63,442 nucleotides of DNA, filler included, from Octopus bimaculoides (GCF_001194135.2; 11 parts of 10 records of this genome joined end to end with filler, not necessarily neighbours in it); one strand, 5' to 3'. Shown: positions 25,141-38,189, numbered from the whole stretch's first letter. Notes: generated by a model from the sequence alone, not told the origin. Numbers and translations: made by a program.

Positions 25141-25537
25141 ATTTCAAATTTTGAGACAAGGCCAGCAATTTCAAGGGAGGGGGTAAGTCGATTACATTGA
25201 CCCCAGTGTTCAGCTGGTACTTATTTTATTGATTTCAGAGGGATGAAAGGCAATATCGAAGTCGGTGGAATTTGAACTCAAGACACGAAGATTGCTTCAA
25301 ATATTACACGCTTTAATATGGCTGCGAGCTGCCTGAATCGTTAGCACGCCGGGCAAAATGCTGAGCGGCATTTCGGCCATTTTTATTTTCTGCGTTCAAA
25401 TTCCGTCGAGGTTGATTTTGCATTTCACCCTTTCAGGGTCGATAAAATGAGTACCAACTGAGTACGGGGGGGGGGGCAACATAATCGACTTACCCCCGCC
25501 TTTGAAATTGCTGGCATTTTACCAAAATTTGAAATCA
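25141..25537. mobile_element. Two family D SINEs head-to-head (- 25141-25290; + 25318-25537) downstream of the LRR exon
   Basis: gtcgattacattgacccc…ggaatttgaactca, then ggctgcgagctgcctgaatcgttagcacgccggg…gtcgataaaatgagtacc. Confidence 0.85.
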
Positions 25538-26086
25538 GTATAGCATTCTTTAATGCACTAAAATATGTTTTTCCTGAAATCGCGCTGCAGAAATTTGGGT
25601 GCATCTAGAATGCCTGTGCACATTTCATGCTATCAAATACGGCAGAGTTTTAGGGTTTCATTGCCTGAATCAGTAGAGCAATATTTTGTTACAAATCTTT
25701 ACGTCCTGATTTCAAATCCTACAATGGCTCACGTTGAGTTTATATTTTTCAAAGCTTGATAAAATGAGAGCATTGGTGATAAAATGAGAGCATCGTTTAT
25801 ACCTTTTGCTCTCAACTATGAAGTATTGGTCCATTGTTACAGATAATTACGATCCCAAAACTTTAAGTAAGCACGTATTGTCATTGTTTCAATGTTTTTC
25901 TTTCGCACAGCTAATGTTCCAGATTCCCTTCAATTCTGATAACCATCAAGTGAAACTAGAAAATCTTCGTGAATGTGTTTCTCACATATAGAATTTACAA
26001 TGAGTGCTAATTAACATAAGTATGCATCTATGTATACATATGAATTGCATATATACGTATATATTTATACATACACACACATACAC

Positions 26087-26217
26087 AGTATAGTATAGTA
26101 TAGTATAGTATAGTATAGTATAGTATAGTATAGTATAGTATAGTATAGTATAGTATAGTATAGTATAGTATAGTATAGTATAGTATAGTATAGTATAGTA
26201 TAGTATAGTATAGTATA
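26087..26217. repeat. (TAGTA)n pentanucleotide microsatellite
   Basis: Perfect agtat array directly 5' of a SINE. Confidence 0.95.
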
Positions 26218-26223
26218 CGTGAG

Positions 26224-26447
26224 TGGAGGCGCAATGGCCCAGTGGTTAGGGCAGCGGACTAACGGTCGGGGGATCGCAGTTCGATTCCCAGACCGGGCGT
26301 TATGTGTGTTTATTGACCAAAAGCACCTAAAGTTCCACGAGGCTCCGACAGGGGTTGGTGGCAACCCCTGTTGTACTCTTTCGCTCCAACTTTCTCTCAC
26401 TCTTTCTTCCTGCTTCTTGAGTAAAGCTGCGATGGACTGGCGTCCCG
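26224..26447 (+). mobile_element. tRNA-derived SINE family B, 3'-truncated
   Basis: ggaggcgcaatggcccagtggttagggcagcggact…gttcgattccc (A and B boxes) plus family B body. Confidence 0.9.
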
Positions 26448-26458
26448 CATAGACACAA

Positions 26459-26497
<39 letters not shown>

Positions 26498-26999
26498 CGC
26501 GCGTGTAGTTGATCCGTTTGAAACGGAATGAAGTCCAGCTAATGAAGCGGTTATAGGAATTTATTTAATGTAAAGTGGTTTTTGAAGGTCTGGTCTTGTT
26601 ACAGACAAGCAGACAAAAGATAAATAGATTGACAAAGATAGGTAGATAGATAAATAGAGACAGAGAAAGATTGGTATATGCATAAAGAGATAGCCATACA
26701 TACATTTATTCATACATATATACGCGCGTGCGTGCGTGTGTGTAAGACGAGATGATCGTTGCTGGAAAACCTTTCGATCATAGGTTTGCTTGATCAGATG
26801 TCTGGCATAGGGGTAAACAACAAAAACCCTCACGGCCCACAACAAGACCGTCGTTCAAAATTCTATCCTTGGGTGATTTCCAGTTTCGCATGGACGGTCT
26901 GCCATACATTTCGGTTTATTTTTGCGTTTGTGTGTGTGTGTGGGGGATGTTTTTTCACTAATTTTCTTTCTCTATCTGTCTGTCTGTCTGTCTCGTCTC

Positions 27000-27065
<66 letters not shown>

Positions 27066-27472
27066 TCCCGTTCACTTTCTTTCTCTTTCTTTCTCTTTCG
27101 CTCACTCAATCATTCACCGTCTTAAGTAGGTCTTCAAAAAACCACAGGCTTTTCCAACAAACATTTAGGTCAGTCTTAACACATTCATGCAAGATTTTTA
27201 GTTTTAGTCCACCCACCTCCTCCTCCTCTCACTCTCTTTCATATTATTGCGTATAGTAGTGCTTGATTCTGTGTGAATGTGATTATGTGTGAATGTGTAT
27301 ATGTGAATGTGTGCGTGTGAATGTGTATGTATGAAACACGTCATGAGAAAATATATTATTAATGAAATATATAATAGAATCTTAGTCTTTTTGCTGTTAT
27401 AATTTATTAGTAATAATACACACACGCACACATACACGCACACATACACGCACACACATACACACACGCATA

Positions 27473-27545
<73 letters not shown>

Positions 27546-27645
27546 NNNNNNNNNNNNNNNNNNNNNNNNNNNNNNNNNNNNNNNNNNNNTTAATTAATTA
27601 ANNNNNNNNNNNNNNNNNNNNNNNNNNNNNNNNNNNNNNNNNNNN

Positions 27646-27691
<46 letters not shown>

Positions 27692-28074
27692 TCACATACA
27701 CATACATATATATACACATACACATATGCCTACTTACATACATATGCATACATGTTCATATACACATATACAACTGTACCCATATATATAGACACATCGA
27801 TACACATGGTCATACAACTACATATATATATATATACACAGACAGTTTGACATATAGACATATTCCGCGCGCACACAGTATATACACCCTCATTTATATA
27901 TACATATATACATATCCATACACATACATATACATAGGCATATATTCACAAATTCATATATATGTATATATATACATATATATATATACATACACACGTA
28001 CATATACATATACACACATATTTTTAGATATATATACATAGATGCACAAATATAGATAAATACAAAACAAATAT

Positions 28075-28239
28075 AGAGGCACTGGAGTGACTGTGTCGTA
28101 AGTAGCTTGCTTCCCGACCACATGGTTCTGAGTTCAGTCCCACTGGATGGCACCTTGGGCAAGTGTCTTCTACTATAGCCTCGGGCCGACCAAAAGCTTG
28201 TGAGTGGATTTGGTAGACGGAAACTGAAAGAAGCCCATC

Positions 28240-28301
<62 letters not shown>

Positions 28302-28520
28302 GTGTTTGTTGTTTGTGTCTGTCCCCCCACCCCACCATCGCTTGACAGCCGATTGTACTGTGTTTACGTGTCCCCGTAACATAGCGGTTCGGCAAAAGAG
28401 ACCGATAGAATATGTACTAGGCTTACAAAGAATAAGTCCTGGGGTCGATTTATTCGACTAAAGGTGGTGCTCCAGCATGGCCGCAGTCAAACGACTGAAA
28501 CAAGTGAAAGAGTAAAAGAG
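28075..28520 (+). mobile_element. SINE family A, full length with internal (TA)n
   Basis: Head gtgactgtgtcgtaagtagcttgc…gagttcagtcccact…ccttgggcaagtgtctt; tail …catggccgcagtcaaacgactgaaacaag. Confidence 0.9.
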
Positions 28521-28560
28521 CATCAAAATATATTTCTATATATTTCAAATATTAATCCAA

Positions 28561-28951
28561 TGTTGTTGTTGTTGGCACTCCGTCGTTTACGACGACGAGG
28601 GTTCCAGTCGATCCGATGAACAGAACAGCCTGCTCGTGAAATTAACGTGCAAGTGGCTGAGCACTCCACAGACACGTGTACCCTTAACGTAGTTCTCGGG
28701 GATATTCAGCGTGACACAGTGTGACAAGGCTGACCCTTTGAATTACAGGCACAACAGAAACAGGAAGAAAGAGTGAGAGAAAGTTGTGGTGGAAGAGTAC
28801 CGCAGGGTTCGCCACCATCCCCTGCCGGAGCCTCATGGAGCTTTTAGGTGTTTTTCGCTCAATAAACACTCACAACGCCCGGTCTGGGAATCGAAACCGC
28901 GATCCTATGACTGCGAGTTCGCTGCCCTAACAACTGGGCCATTGCTCCTCC
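28561..28951 (-). mobile_element. tRNA-derived SINE: family B head and body with a family C tail, ending in (CAA)n
   Basis: The reverse complement begins ggaggagcaatggcccagttgttagggcagcg… and ends …gacggagtgccaacaacaacaac. Confidence 0.9.
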
Positions 28952-29950
28952 ACTTTAATAACATACATCAACGATATCTAAGTATATAAATGAATTAAGT
29001 GTCCTGGTCTTACTTAATCTAGAGACGGTAGCAGAACGTGTAAATAAATATTCATTCTCTAAATATCCCTATGCATGTTCGAAAAAGACCAACTTCTAGT
29101 ATTACAATTAACGATTTATTTATAATTGCATAAAGAAAAATTATATAAATTCGGCGAGTACTTCGTTCAAGAAACGCTTTCTTAACCACCAGTCGTCCTT
29201 CAGAGTCCCAGAAAGACGGTTTCTCACATGCCTGGCCCACCATGTGTGGCACCTCAAAGATCAAGGGACCCAGTGTGATATCAGGTGGAAATATAACTGA
29301 TTTTTCCGGGCCCGTATATTAATGGAAGTGGCCGTTGAAAGATCTCCATCGCAGAGAGAACCAAAATTCTTAAGGCCTTTAAGAAGCCTGGCGCATTAAT
29401 CAGCCGTAAAGAAGTGTTTTCTAAATGTATTCACTTCAAGTGCTGCCTGTAAGAAAACTGGATCTTCCAGTTTGCTTGTTCGGCCTCTCCGAATCGATAA
29501 AGGCTTTTTCCCCTTCTGAATAAGGGGAAATAACCCGTACTCATTAACGTTTTTTCGTATGCTTCAAGTTCTGAACGTTTCCTCACCTCTGCGACGTAGA
29601 TATTTAAAGATTTTGTATTGAATTAGAATCTGGCAAGCTGTCCACAAGGTTTGGAATTTGTGGGTGCGAATCCTTGGGTAACTCTATAAAAAAATTTGTT
29701 GCAATAATTACTGCTCTATTTTTTAGAGTATGCTTCTTTCTGATATATGTATTTTTTTATTAACTGACTATATATATATATATATATATAATGGAGAAAT
29801 GGCACAGAATGTATAAATGGATGATGAGTAAAGCACCGGCACAGTTTCGATTCCCTGTTATCCGTAGATTTACTGCAGGAACTTCGTAGTGTTGGTTAGG
29901 GTGACAGTATTGATAAAATAGGAGATGGAATGTGTAATAGACTTTATTGG

Positions 29951-29992
29951 GTACAACACACGCTTCGACCTGTTCTGGGTCTCTTCAAGTAC
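29951..29992 (-). ncRNA. Decayed type-I hammerhead ribozyme motif in a PLE-like terminal fragment
   Basis: RC: GUAC uUGAAGA GACC cagaaca GGUC GAAgC gugu GUU GUAC, then ccAAUAAA. Stems I and II are intact; two core substitutions. Confidence 0.6.
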
Positions 29993-30184
29993 ATCAATAA
30001 AAAACCTCGGAGGTTTCTTGAGTCGGCTTATGTACCGCTATATCGTCAGTTAATAAAAATACATATATATATATTTCATATAAGAGTGTATGGATTTTTA
30101 CACGGAGAGAAGACCCTTGACAGAACTTCTTGCATGCTAAAAATGGCAGTTAAACCCAAACCACGACAAACGGAATTCTCTCTC

Positions 30185-30540
30185 ATATATATATATGGTG
30201 GTTTCTACTCCTTATGCAGAGTTTCACCACTTCCTGTACCTACACCTTAGAACCATCATGGCATCTGATGTGGCTTTTTAAACCAGACAATGTTTTGAAA
30301 AGACACCCACATAGATTGCATATCCGATTTGGGCCACCAAGAGCTGCAGGTTAGTTCTGATCTTTGTGGATCTTAAAATGTCTTTTGAGGCCTCCGTTAG
30401 ATTTGCAAACCATCTGACATACATTACTTTCAAAGGTGTGCACAGACATATTGGCAGAATAGTTGGTGGAGGTTCATTTTCCATAAGTTCGCAAATGAGA
30501 TTTGATCCCAGCAAAAGAAAGGCACGGTCTGTCACGTAAC
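30185..30540 (-). mobile_element. 5'-truncated RTE-type LINE 3' end encoding three degenerate C2H2 fingers
   Basis: One minus frame reads DRPCLSFAGIKSHLRTY…VCQMVCKSNGGLKRHFKIH…CNLCGCLFKTLSGLKSHIRCH*, followed by a short 3' UTR ending ccaccatatata. Two in-frame stops. Confidence 0.75.
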
Positions 30541-31892
30541 AGACTAATAGGCACTAGGGTGAATAAAAAAATTAATTAACCTTATGTATATACAGACATA
30601 CATTCAGGAAAGGAGAAAAGATAACAAGAAGAATAAGATAAAAATTTGATCGTGTAACTTTAGACACATGAATTTTTAAGTTATTAAAATAAAACAAAGA
30701 GAAACTTTTGCTCAAGGATATAGGGCAAGGCCTGGTGAGGCGGGGGGAATGCTAGCGTAGAGGAGTGTAAATCAATAGCTTTGCTATTTCTTAGTTCTCG
30801 AAAATTGGAACATGAACTAGAAGATGAATGATTACAGATACAACAACAAAACTTCCAATAAATGGTGTCTCAAATAATCATCATGTTCAAATATTACTAA
30901 TGTGATAGCTAGAGGAAATTATCTGCACTTGTTTGAATGTTAAATAGATTTAGTTCAGCGAGATCAAATTTGAAATGAAAATAAACATAATGTATGTGTT
31001 AAATATGTAATGAGTCGTTTTATTAGTGATTTTAATGTATGGAAACATGTATGTGTACATATACGTACGTATATTGCAGAATGACAGAGTGCTTACGTAA
31101 CATTTTCAGAATCATTATGCAATCATGTACTCATCTCATCAGTGTACCACAGTTCACTCTGCCCTTTTGCGTGTATATACATATTAGTAGGCGTAGGAGT
31201 GGCTGTGTGGTAAGTAGCTTGCTTACCNNNNNNNNNNNNNNNNNNNNNNNNNNNNNNNNNNNNNNNNNNNNNNNNNNNNNNNNNNNNNNNNNNNNNNNNN
31301 NNNNNNNNNNNNNNNNNNNNNNNNNNNNNNNNNNNNNNNNNNNNNNNNNNNNNNNNNNNNNNNNNNNNNNNNNNNNNNNNNNNNNNNNNNNNNNNNNNNN
31401 NNNNNNNNNNNNNNNNNNNNNNNNNNNNNNNNNNNNNNNNNNNNNNNNNNNNNNNNNNNNNNNNNNNNNNNNNNNNNNNNNNNNNNNNNNNNNNNNNNNN
31501 NNNNNNNNNNNNNNNNNNNNNNNNNNNNNNNNNNNNNNNNNNNNNNNNNNNNNNNNNNNNNNNNNNNNNNNNNNNNNNNNNNNNNNNNNNNNNNNNNNNN
31601 NNNNNNNNNNNNNNNNNNNNNNNNNNNNNNNNNNNNNNNNNNNNNNNNNNNNNNNNNNNNNNNNNNNNNNNNNNNNNNNNNNNNNNNNNNNNNNNNNNNN
31701 NNNNNNNNNNNNNNNNNNNNNNNNNNNNNNNNNNNNNNNNNNNNNNNNNNNNNNNNNNNNNNNNNNNNNNNNNNNNNNNNNNNNNNNNNNNNNNNNNNNN
31801 NNNNNNNNNNNNNNNNNNNNNNNNNNNNNNNNNNNNNNNNNNNNNNNNNNNNNNNNNNNNNNNNNNNNNNNNNNNNNNNNNNNNNNNNNNNN

Positions 31893-31931
<39 letters not shown>

Positions 31932-32446
31932 TACACTTGCATATTATATACTATATTATATTATTTTATACTGTATATAATGTATATTATCCATATATAT
32001 ATATATGACGCTTAACTGAGAGGATGATAGGAAAAAACTTGGAAGCGCTGTGTCCTCGCTTTCAATTTCGTTTTCACAAGAGCTTTCAATAAAGGAAAAC
32101 AAAACATTGTGTTACAAAAGCAAACGCAATATAACTTCACAGGAAAGAAAAAATCACACAAGTTTGTTGTGTGAGCGTGTATAAGTATACATACATATAT
32201 GTGTTTGTGTGTTGAAGACGGTTAAGAAGGCCTGCTGTGCAGTCTCCATTTCATCGGTCGGCTGATTATGCAGACGAACTGTCCCGCCATGTTTAACAAG
32301 TAAGTCTCTCTACGCAATAAAAAAAAAATGATTGACGCAGACGACCTTATTAGCTCAATACTAAACGGACAAAGCTAACAAGCAAAATAACAGTAATTGC
32401 AACAACAAAAACCACGATGACGACGACGACAATAGTAATAAAAATA

Positions 32447-32517
<71 letters not shown>

Positions 32518-32573
32518 TGATGATGGGTATTTTGGGTTTCGTATATTTTACCCCCAGTGTCACTTTGATGGCC

Positions 32574-32690
32574 TGGAAGCGCAATGGCTCATTGGTTAGG
32601 GCAGCGGACTCGCGGTCATAGGATTGCGGTTTCGATTCCCAGGCCGGGCGTTGTGAGTGTTTATTGAGCGAAAACACCTAAAGCTTAACG
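32574..32690 (+). mobile_element. SINE family B/C head fragment
   Basis: ggaagcgcaatggctcattggttagggcagcggactcgcgg…gtttcgattcccagg…gagcgaaaacacctaaag. Confidence 0.85.
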
Positions 32691-32847
32691 GGGCTCCGTT
32701 AAGCTTTAGGTGGTGGTAGTAGTAGTGGTAGTGGTGGTAGTGGTGGTGGTGGAGGTGTATGTATAACATAAAATTTATGTACATATGTATGTTTATGCAC
32801 ATGTATACATACACATATATATATATGTCTGTATATGTATGCATATA

Positions 32848-33523
32848 CAGGGGTTGGATAAAATAATGGAAACACCTAGCATCATGATTTTGAAATATCT
32901 ATAAAGCCGTCAAAAGCTTGTTTATTTTTGTTTTTTTTTTTATTTATTATTAGTGTTGCTTAATATGTTTTGCTAAAATTGTTGTTTTTTTTTTTTTTAG
33001 ATATCATCAGAAAAAGGTAATTAAAATTCATTAAAACGACAGATCTATCGGACTTTCAAAGTGGTCAAATTGTTGGTGCTCGTATGGCAGGTGCTAGCGT
33101 AACGAAAACAGCCGAAATGTTTGGTGTATCAAGAAGTACTGCCTCGAAAGTAATGACAGCCTTTGAGAAAGAAAGAAAAACTTCCTTGTCGAAACACAAC
33201 TCCAGAAGAAAACCAAAACTTTAAGATAGGGACCGCCGAACTCTTACGCAAATTGTTAGAAAGGATCACAAAGGTACAGCTCCCAAAATTACTGCAGAGT
33301 TTAATGACCACCTCGAGAACCCAGTTTGCATAAAAACTGTTCGCAGGGAGCTGCACAAACCGGACTTTATGGGAGGGTTGCAATCAGAAAAACCACTACT
33401 TTCAAAAACGAACGTTGCAAAGCATGTAGAATGGAGTAAAAACCTACAGAATTGGTCCCTAGAGCAGTGGAAGAATGTTATTTTTTTAGACGAGTCATCC
33501 TTTACCTTATTTCTGATCACCGG
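32848..33523 (+). mobile_element. Tc1-family transposon 5' half (TIR and transposase to the first catalytic Asp)
   Basis: TA+caggggttggataaaataatggaaacac. From 33036: TDLSDFQSGQIVGARMAGASVTKTAEMFGVSRST…KTVRRELH…WSLEQWKNVIFLDESSF, with a stop and a frameshift. Truncated by a family C tail. Confidence 0.9.
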
Positions 33524-33525
33524 TG

Positions 33526-33700
33526 TAATTGGGCTAGCCTTGTCACATTCTGTGTCACGCTGAATCTCCCCGAGAACTACGTTAAGGGTACACATGTCTG
33601 TGGAGTGCTCAGCCACTTGTACGTTAATCTCACGAGCAAGCTGTTCCGTTGATCGTATCAGCTGGCACCCTTGTCGTCGTAACCGACGGAGTGCTCCTAT
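33526..33700 (+). mobile_element. Family C SINE tail
   Basis: gggctagccttgtcacattctgtgtcacgctgaatctccccgagaactacg…ccgacggagtgctcc. Confidence 0.85.
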
Positions 33701-33744
33701 ATAAAGATTATGGTATATAATAATCCTTTCTAACTTTTCCACAA

Positions 33745-33920
33745 AGCCAGTATATTGGCGGCGGGTGGGGTCTAGTCGATATTACATCGCCCCCAGTGAT
33801 CAACTGGTACTTATTTCGTACTTATACGCACGAAGAGCAAAGTTGATCTCAACGGAATTTGAATGCAGAACATAAAACCGCGAAGCATTTTGTCCGGCAT
33901 GCTAACAATTCTGCCAGCAC
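33745..33920 (-). mobile_element. SINE family D
   Basis: gtcgatattacatcgccccc…actggtacttattt…ggaatttgaatgcag…ttctgccagc. Confidence 0.75.
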
Positions 33921-33936
33921 ACCACCTTTGTATATT

Positions 33937-34067
<131 letters not shown>

Positions 34068-34379
34068 AAGAGTTCGTAATAGAGAATGTATATGAATGTA
34101 TATTAATGTATATGTATATAATATGTATGTATAAACGGAGGTTTGCTTCTGTTACATGTACACGCGTGTGTTTGTGTCTCTCTGCGTGTTCGTAAATGAC
34201 AGCAAATACGACTTGCCCAGCAGATGAGTGTCTCTCTCTATATATTTATATACCCCGCAATTAACAGGCGTTTACGTGTATACCCAACCATCTACCCGAA
34301 CAAGTCAGGTGGACACAACATCAAAGAGGAATAGTCAATGGAAAAAGTTGCAGTTATTTCAAGTCTCTTGTAATTATTT

Positions 34380-34473
34380 CATGGCAGAAGGCATTACCAA
34401 ACATTTCTCATGGCAGAAGGCATTACCGAACATTTCTCATGGCAGAAGGCATTACCGAACATTTCTCATGGCA
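34380..34473. repeat. 29-bp minisatellite, 3.2 copies (catggcagaaggcattaccgaacatttct)
   Basis: Units at 34380, 34409 and 34438 with one mismatch in the first, plus a partial unit; no spacers. Confidence 0.95.
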
Positions 34474-34649
34474 CACAAGACACGAACAGTTGTGACCTAT
34501 GGCGCATGCGTGATGTCATACTTCGTAATTTCTCGCTCATATTCTCTGTAATTTGCAAGAGTGAAACGATTCGATCGAGAATGGATTTTGGTATTTTGTG
34601 TATGGAATGCGATGTGTGTGTGTGTGTTTTATCTTTTATGTTCTTCACT

Positions 34650-35225
34650 CATTACACTGCGGCCATGCTGGGGAACCGCCTTGAAGGATTTTTAGTCGGG
34701 TGAAACGACACTCAGTGCCTTTTCTTTAAGCCTGGTACTTATTTTGTCAGTTTCTTTTGCCGAACCGCTAGGTTACGGGGACGTAAAAGCACCAACAATG
34801 GATGTCAAGCAGTGGTAGAGGGTAAATATACACACATACACACACATAAACAGACACATATACGCACACACATACCGTAATGAGGAGCTATCATCGAACG
34901 CACGCGTCCATTTGCAAGTAAGTTTCAACTTTATATATATATATATATNNNNNNNNNNNNNNNNNNNNNNNNNNNNNNNNNNNNNNNNNNNNNNNNNNNN
35001 NNNNNNNNNNNNNNNNNNNNNNNNNNNNNNATATACCAGACAGAAAACGAGTTTCTCGATCAGCTGGTGTGGCTGGGACCAGATACAACTTCAGTCTACC
35101 AAATCTAGTCACAGCGGTTTGGTGGGCCAGAGACTTTAGTGAAAGAAACTTGCCAAAGGTGTTACGAAGAGGTATTGAACCCTCAACCAGATGGTCGGGA
35201 AGCAAAGTTCTTACCAAATGCACAC
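34650..35225 (-). mobile_element. Degenerate family A SINE (tail 34650-34815, head 35045-35225)
   Basis: actgcggccatgctgg…gccgaaccgctaggttacggggacgtaaa; ttcagtctaccaaatct…gaaacttgccaaagg. Confidence 0.7.
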
Positions 35226-37303
35226 ACACATATGTACGTATGTACTTATATATGTATATGCCTGTATGTATATATATGTGTGAAGGAGATGTTTCTATGT
35301 GGCTTGTTTGTTTGTTGTACCTTGTTTATCATTTTGTCCATGTTCTTTTGCCACGTCATGTACCCAGTTATGTATCTATATGTACATGTAGATGAAGGTA
35401 TGTACATACATGTACATATATATGCATATACTCATATATTGTTTGTATCACAACAGAACGCACGCGTTAACCTTTATACAGTAAGTTTTAACTATTTTTC
35501 TAACGCAACTCTCTCTTTCTCTATATCTATCTCCCCCTCTCATTCTTCCCTCTATTGTTCTTCGCCTCTACCTGTNNNNNNNNNNNNNNNNNNNNNNNNN
35601 NNNNNNNNNNNNNNNNNNNTTAATTAATTAANNNNNNNNNNNNNNNNNNNNNNNNNNNNNNNNNNNNNNNNNNNNTGGTGGTGGTGGTGGTGGTGGTGGT
35701 GGTGGTGGTGGTGGTTGTGGTGATGATGGTAGTGGTGGCGATGGTAGTGGTGATGGTAGTAGTGATAGTAGCAGTGGTGATGGTGGTAGTGGTGAGGTAA
35801 TGGTGCTGATGGTAATGGTGGTGATGGTAGTTGCGGTAGTGGCTGTGGTGGTGATAGTAGAGAGNNNNNNNNNNNNNNNNNNNNNNNNNNNNNNNNNNNN
35901 NNNNNNNNNNNNNNNNNNNNNNNNNNNNNNNNNNNNNNNNNNNNNNNNNNNNNNNNNNNNNNNNTTCACTAATGGATTGGTTTAGGTCGTGGCAGGGGAG
36001 AGAAAAGGGGAGTGTATGGGGGCTGGTTGTATTATTGTTATTGTTGTTGTTGTGGTGGCAGTCGGTTATTGTTGTTATTGGTGGTGGTGATGTAGTTGAG
36101 GTGTATTGTTGGAGGTAGGAGTGGTGTGTGGTGGTGTTGCTGGTGTGGCTGAGGTGTGTCTGTGAGAGTTGTGGCGCTGTTAGTGGTAGTGAGTGGTATG
36201 ATGATGGTGGNNNNNNNNNNNNNNNNNNNNNNNNNNNNNNNNNNNNNNNNNNNNNNNNNNNNNNNNNNNNNNNNNNNNNNNNNNNNNNNNNNNNNNNNNN
36301 NNNNNNNNNNNNNNNNNNNNNNNNNNNNNNNNNNNNNNNNNNNNNNNNNNNNNNNNNNNNNNNNNNNNNNNNNNNNNNNNNNNNNNNNNNNNNNNNNNNN
36401 NNNNNNNNNNNNNNNNNNNNNNNNNNNNNNNNNNNNNNNNNNNNNNNNNNNNNNNNNNNNNNNNNNNNNNNNNNNNNNNNNNNNNNNNNNNNNNNNNNNN
36501 NNNNNNNNNNNNNNNNNNNNNNNNNNNNNNNNNNNNNNNNNNNNNNNNNNNNNNNNNNNNNNNNNNNNNNNNNNNNNNNNNNNNNNNNNNNNNNNNNNNN
36601 NNNNNNNNNNNNNNNNNNNNNNNNNNNNNNNNNNNNNNNNNNNNNNNNNNNNNNNNNNNNNNNNNNNNNNNNNNNNNNNNNNNNNNNNNNNNNNNNNNNN
36701 NNNNNNNNNNNNNNNNNNNNNNNNNNNNNNNNNNNNNNNNNNNNNNNNNNNNNNNNNNNNNNNNNNNNNNNNNNNNNNNNNNNNNNNNNNNNNNNNNNNN
36801 NNNNNNNNNNNNNNNNNNNNNNNNNNNNNNNNNNNNNNNNNGAGGTAATGGTGCTGATGGTAATGGTGGTGATGGTAGTTGCGGTAGTGGCTGTGGTGGT
36901 GATAGTAGAGAGGAAATGGTACTATTGATATTAGTGGTAGTGGTAGTGGTGGTGGTGGTAATAGCAATGGTGGTGATGATAGTGGTGGTGATAGCAGTAA
37001 TGGTGGTTATGGCGATAGTAAATTTAGAGATGGAGGTGGTGATGGTAGTAGATTCGGTTTGTAGTAGTAATAGTGGTGGTTGTGTTTGCGGTGACGATTT
37101 GTGATGATTATTGTAGTGATGGTAGTGGTGGTGGTGGTGGTGGTGGTGGTGGTGGAGTATGTATGTGTGCATGTCAGTGTGTATGGATGCGTTACTTTAC
37201 GTGTTCTAAGGTGTTGGTTAACGTATATATGTGTACGTTTATTGTGTGTATCAAGGTATATTTCTTAAGGTAATTATAAATGTATCTATGCCTGTAATCA
37301 AAT

Positions 37304-37336
<33 letters not shown>

Positions 37337-37537
37337 ATGTCAGTATGGGTTTGTGTATATACCAATACGTGTAAGAAGGTGTATGTCTGTGAGCATATAT
37401 TTGTGTATTTTTTTGCAAGTGTTTTATTTAGGTGTGCATGTGTGCAAATATATTTATTAATGTGTATACGCATATACCAGTGTATGCGTTTTCGTGTGCC
37501 TCTGATTATAGGATTGTAGTGTCAGAGATATGCATAG

Positions 37538-38003
37538 TATAAGGCGGTGAACTGGCAGAAACGTTAGCACGCCGGACGAAATGCTTAGTAGTAGTTCGTC
37601 TGTCTTTACGTTCTGAGTTCAAATTCCGCAAAGGTCGCCTTTGCTTTTCATCCTTTCGGGGTCGATAGATTAAGTACCAGTTGCATACTGGAGTCGATCT
37701 AATCGACTGACCCTTTCCACCAAAATTTCGGTCCCTGTGCTTAGAGAAGAAAAGAATAAATGAATATGATCGTTACAGAATAACTACTTAATATTGAATA
37801 ATTAGGCTGGAAAAATGTCTCGTTGCATGTAAGTGTTAGCACATCGTTTTTACGTTCTGAGTTCAAATTCCACCGAGGTTGACTTTACTTTTCATCCTTT
37901 TGGGGTCGAGATATTAAGTACCAATTGAGTACTGGTATCGATGTAATCGACTTTACACCTTCCCCTGAAATTACTGACATTATGCCAAAAATAGAAACCA
38001 TTA
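37538..38003 (+). mobile_element. Two tandem family D SINEs; the second is flanked by a 17-bp TSD
   Basis: The first copy starts aaggcggtgaactggcagaaacg. ttacagaataactactt occurs at 37773-37789 and 38004-38020. Confidence 0.85.
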
Positions 38004-38139
38004 TTACAGAATAACTACTTTAGTACTCAACCAACACAAGTAGCCTTCCACCATTTCCACCAGTTCTTTCTTTAGCGATAGAATCTGCTCTTGTTCGTAC
38101 ATGTATATGTCTATATGTCTTTTGTGTGTGTTTATGTAT

Positions 38140-38189
<50 letters not shown>

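Noticed and set aside
26224-26300. tRNA genes at SINE heads (also 28880-28951, 43630-43702, 45410-45480)
   Set aside because: A and B boxes are present, but they run into SINE bodies and I could not build a full cloverleaf with an acceptor stem.
32218-32305. Possible exon ending aacaa|gtaagt
   Set aside because: The donor is good, but two frames are closed and the third (EGLLCSLHFIGRLIMQTNCPAMFN) is not LRR-like; the length is not 72 nt. It could be non-coding.
34380-34473. 29-bp direct repeats as a CRISPR array
   Set aside because: There are no spacers and no cas genes, and the context is eukaryotic.
35795-36910. Exact ~70-bp duplication (35795-35864 and 36842-36910); similar duplications across 10-N gaps at 44500-44660 and 48190-48300
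   Set aside because: These are identical sequences at contig ends flanking gaps, most likely assembly overlap or collapsed repeats.
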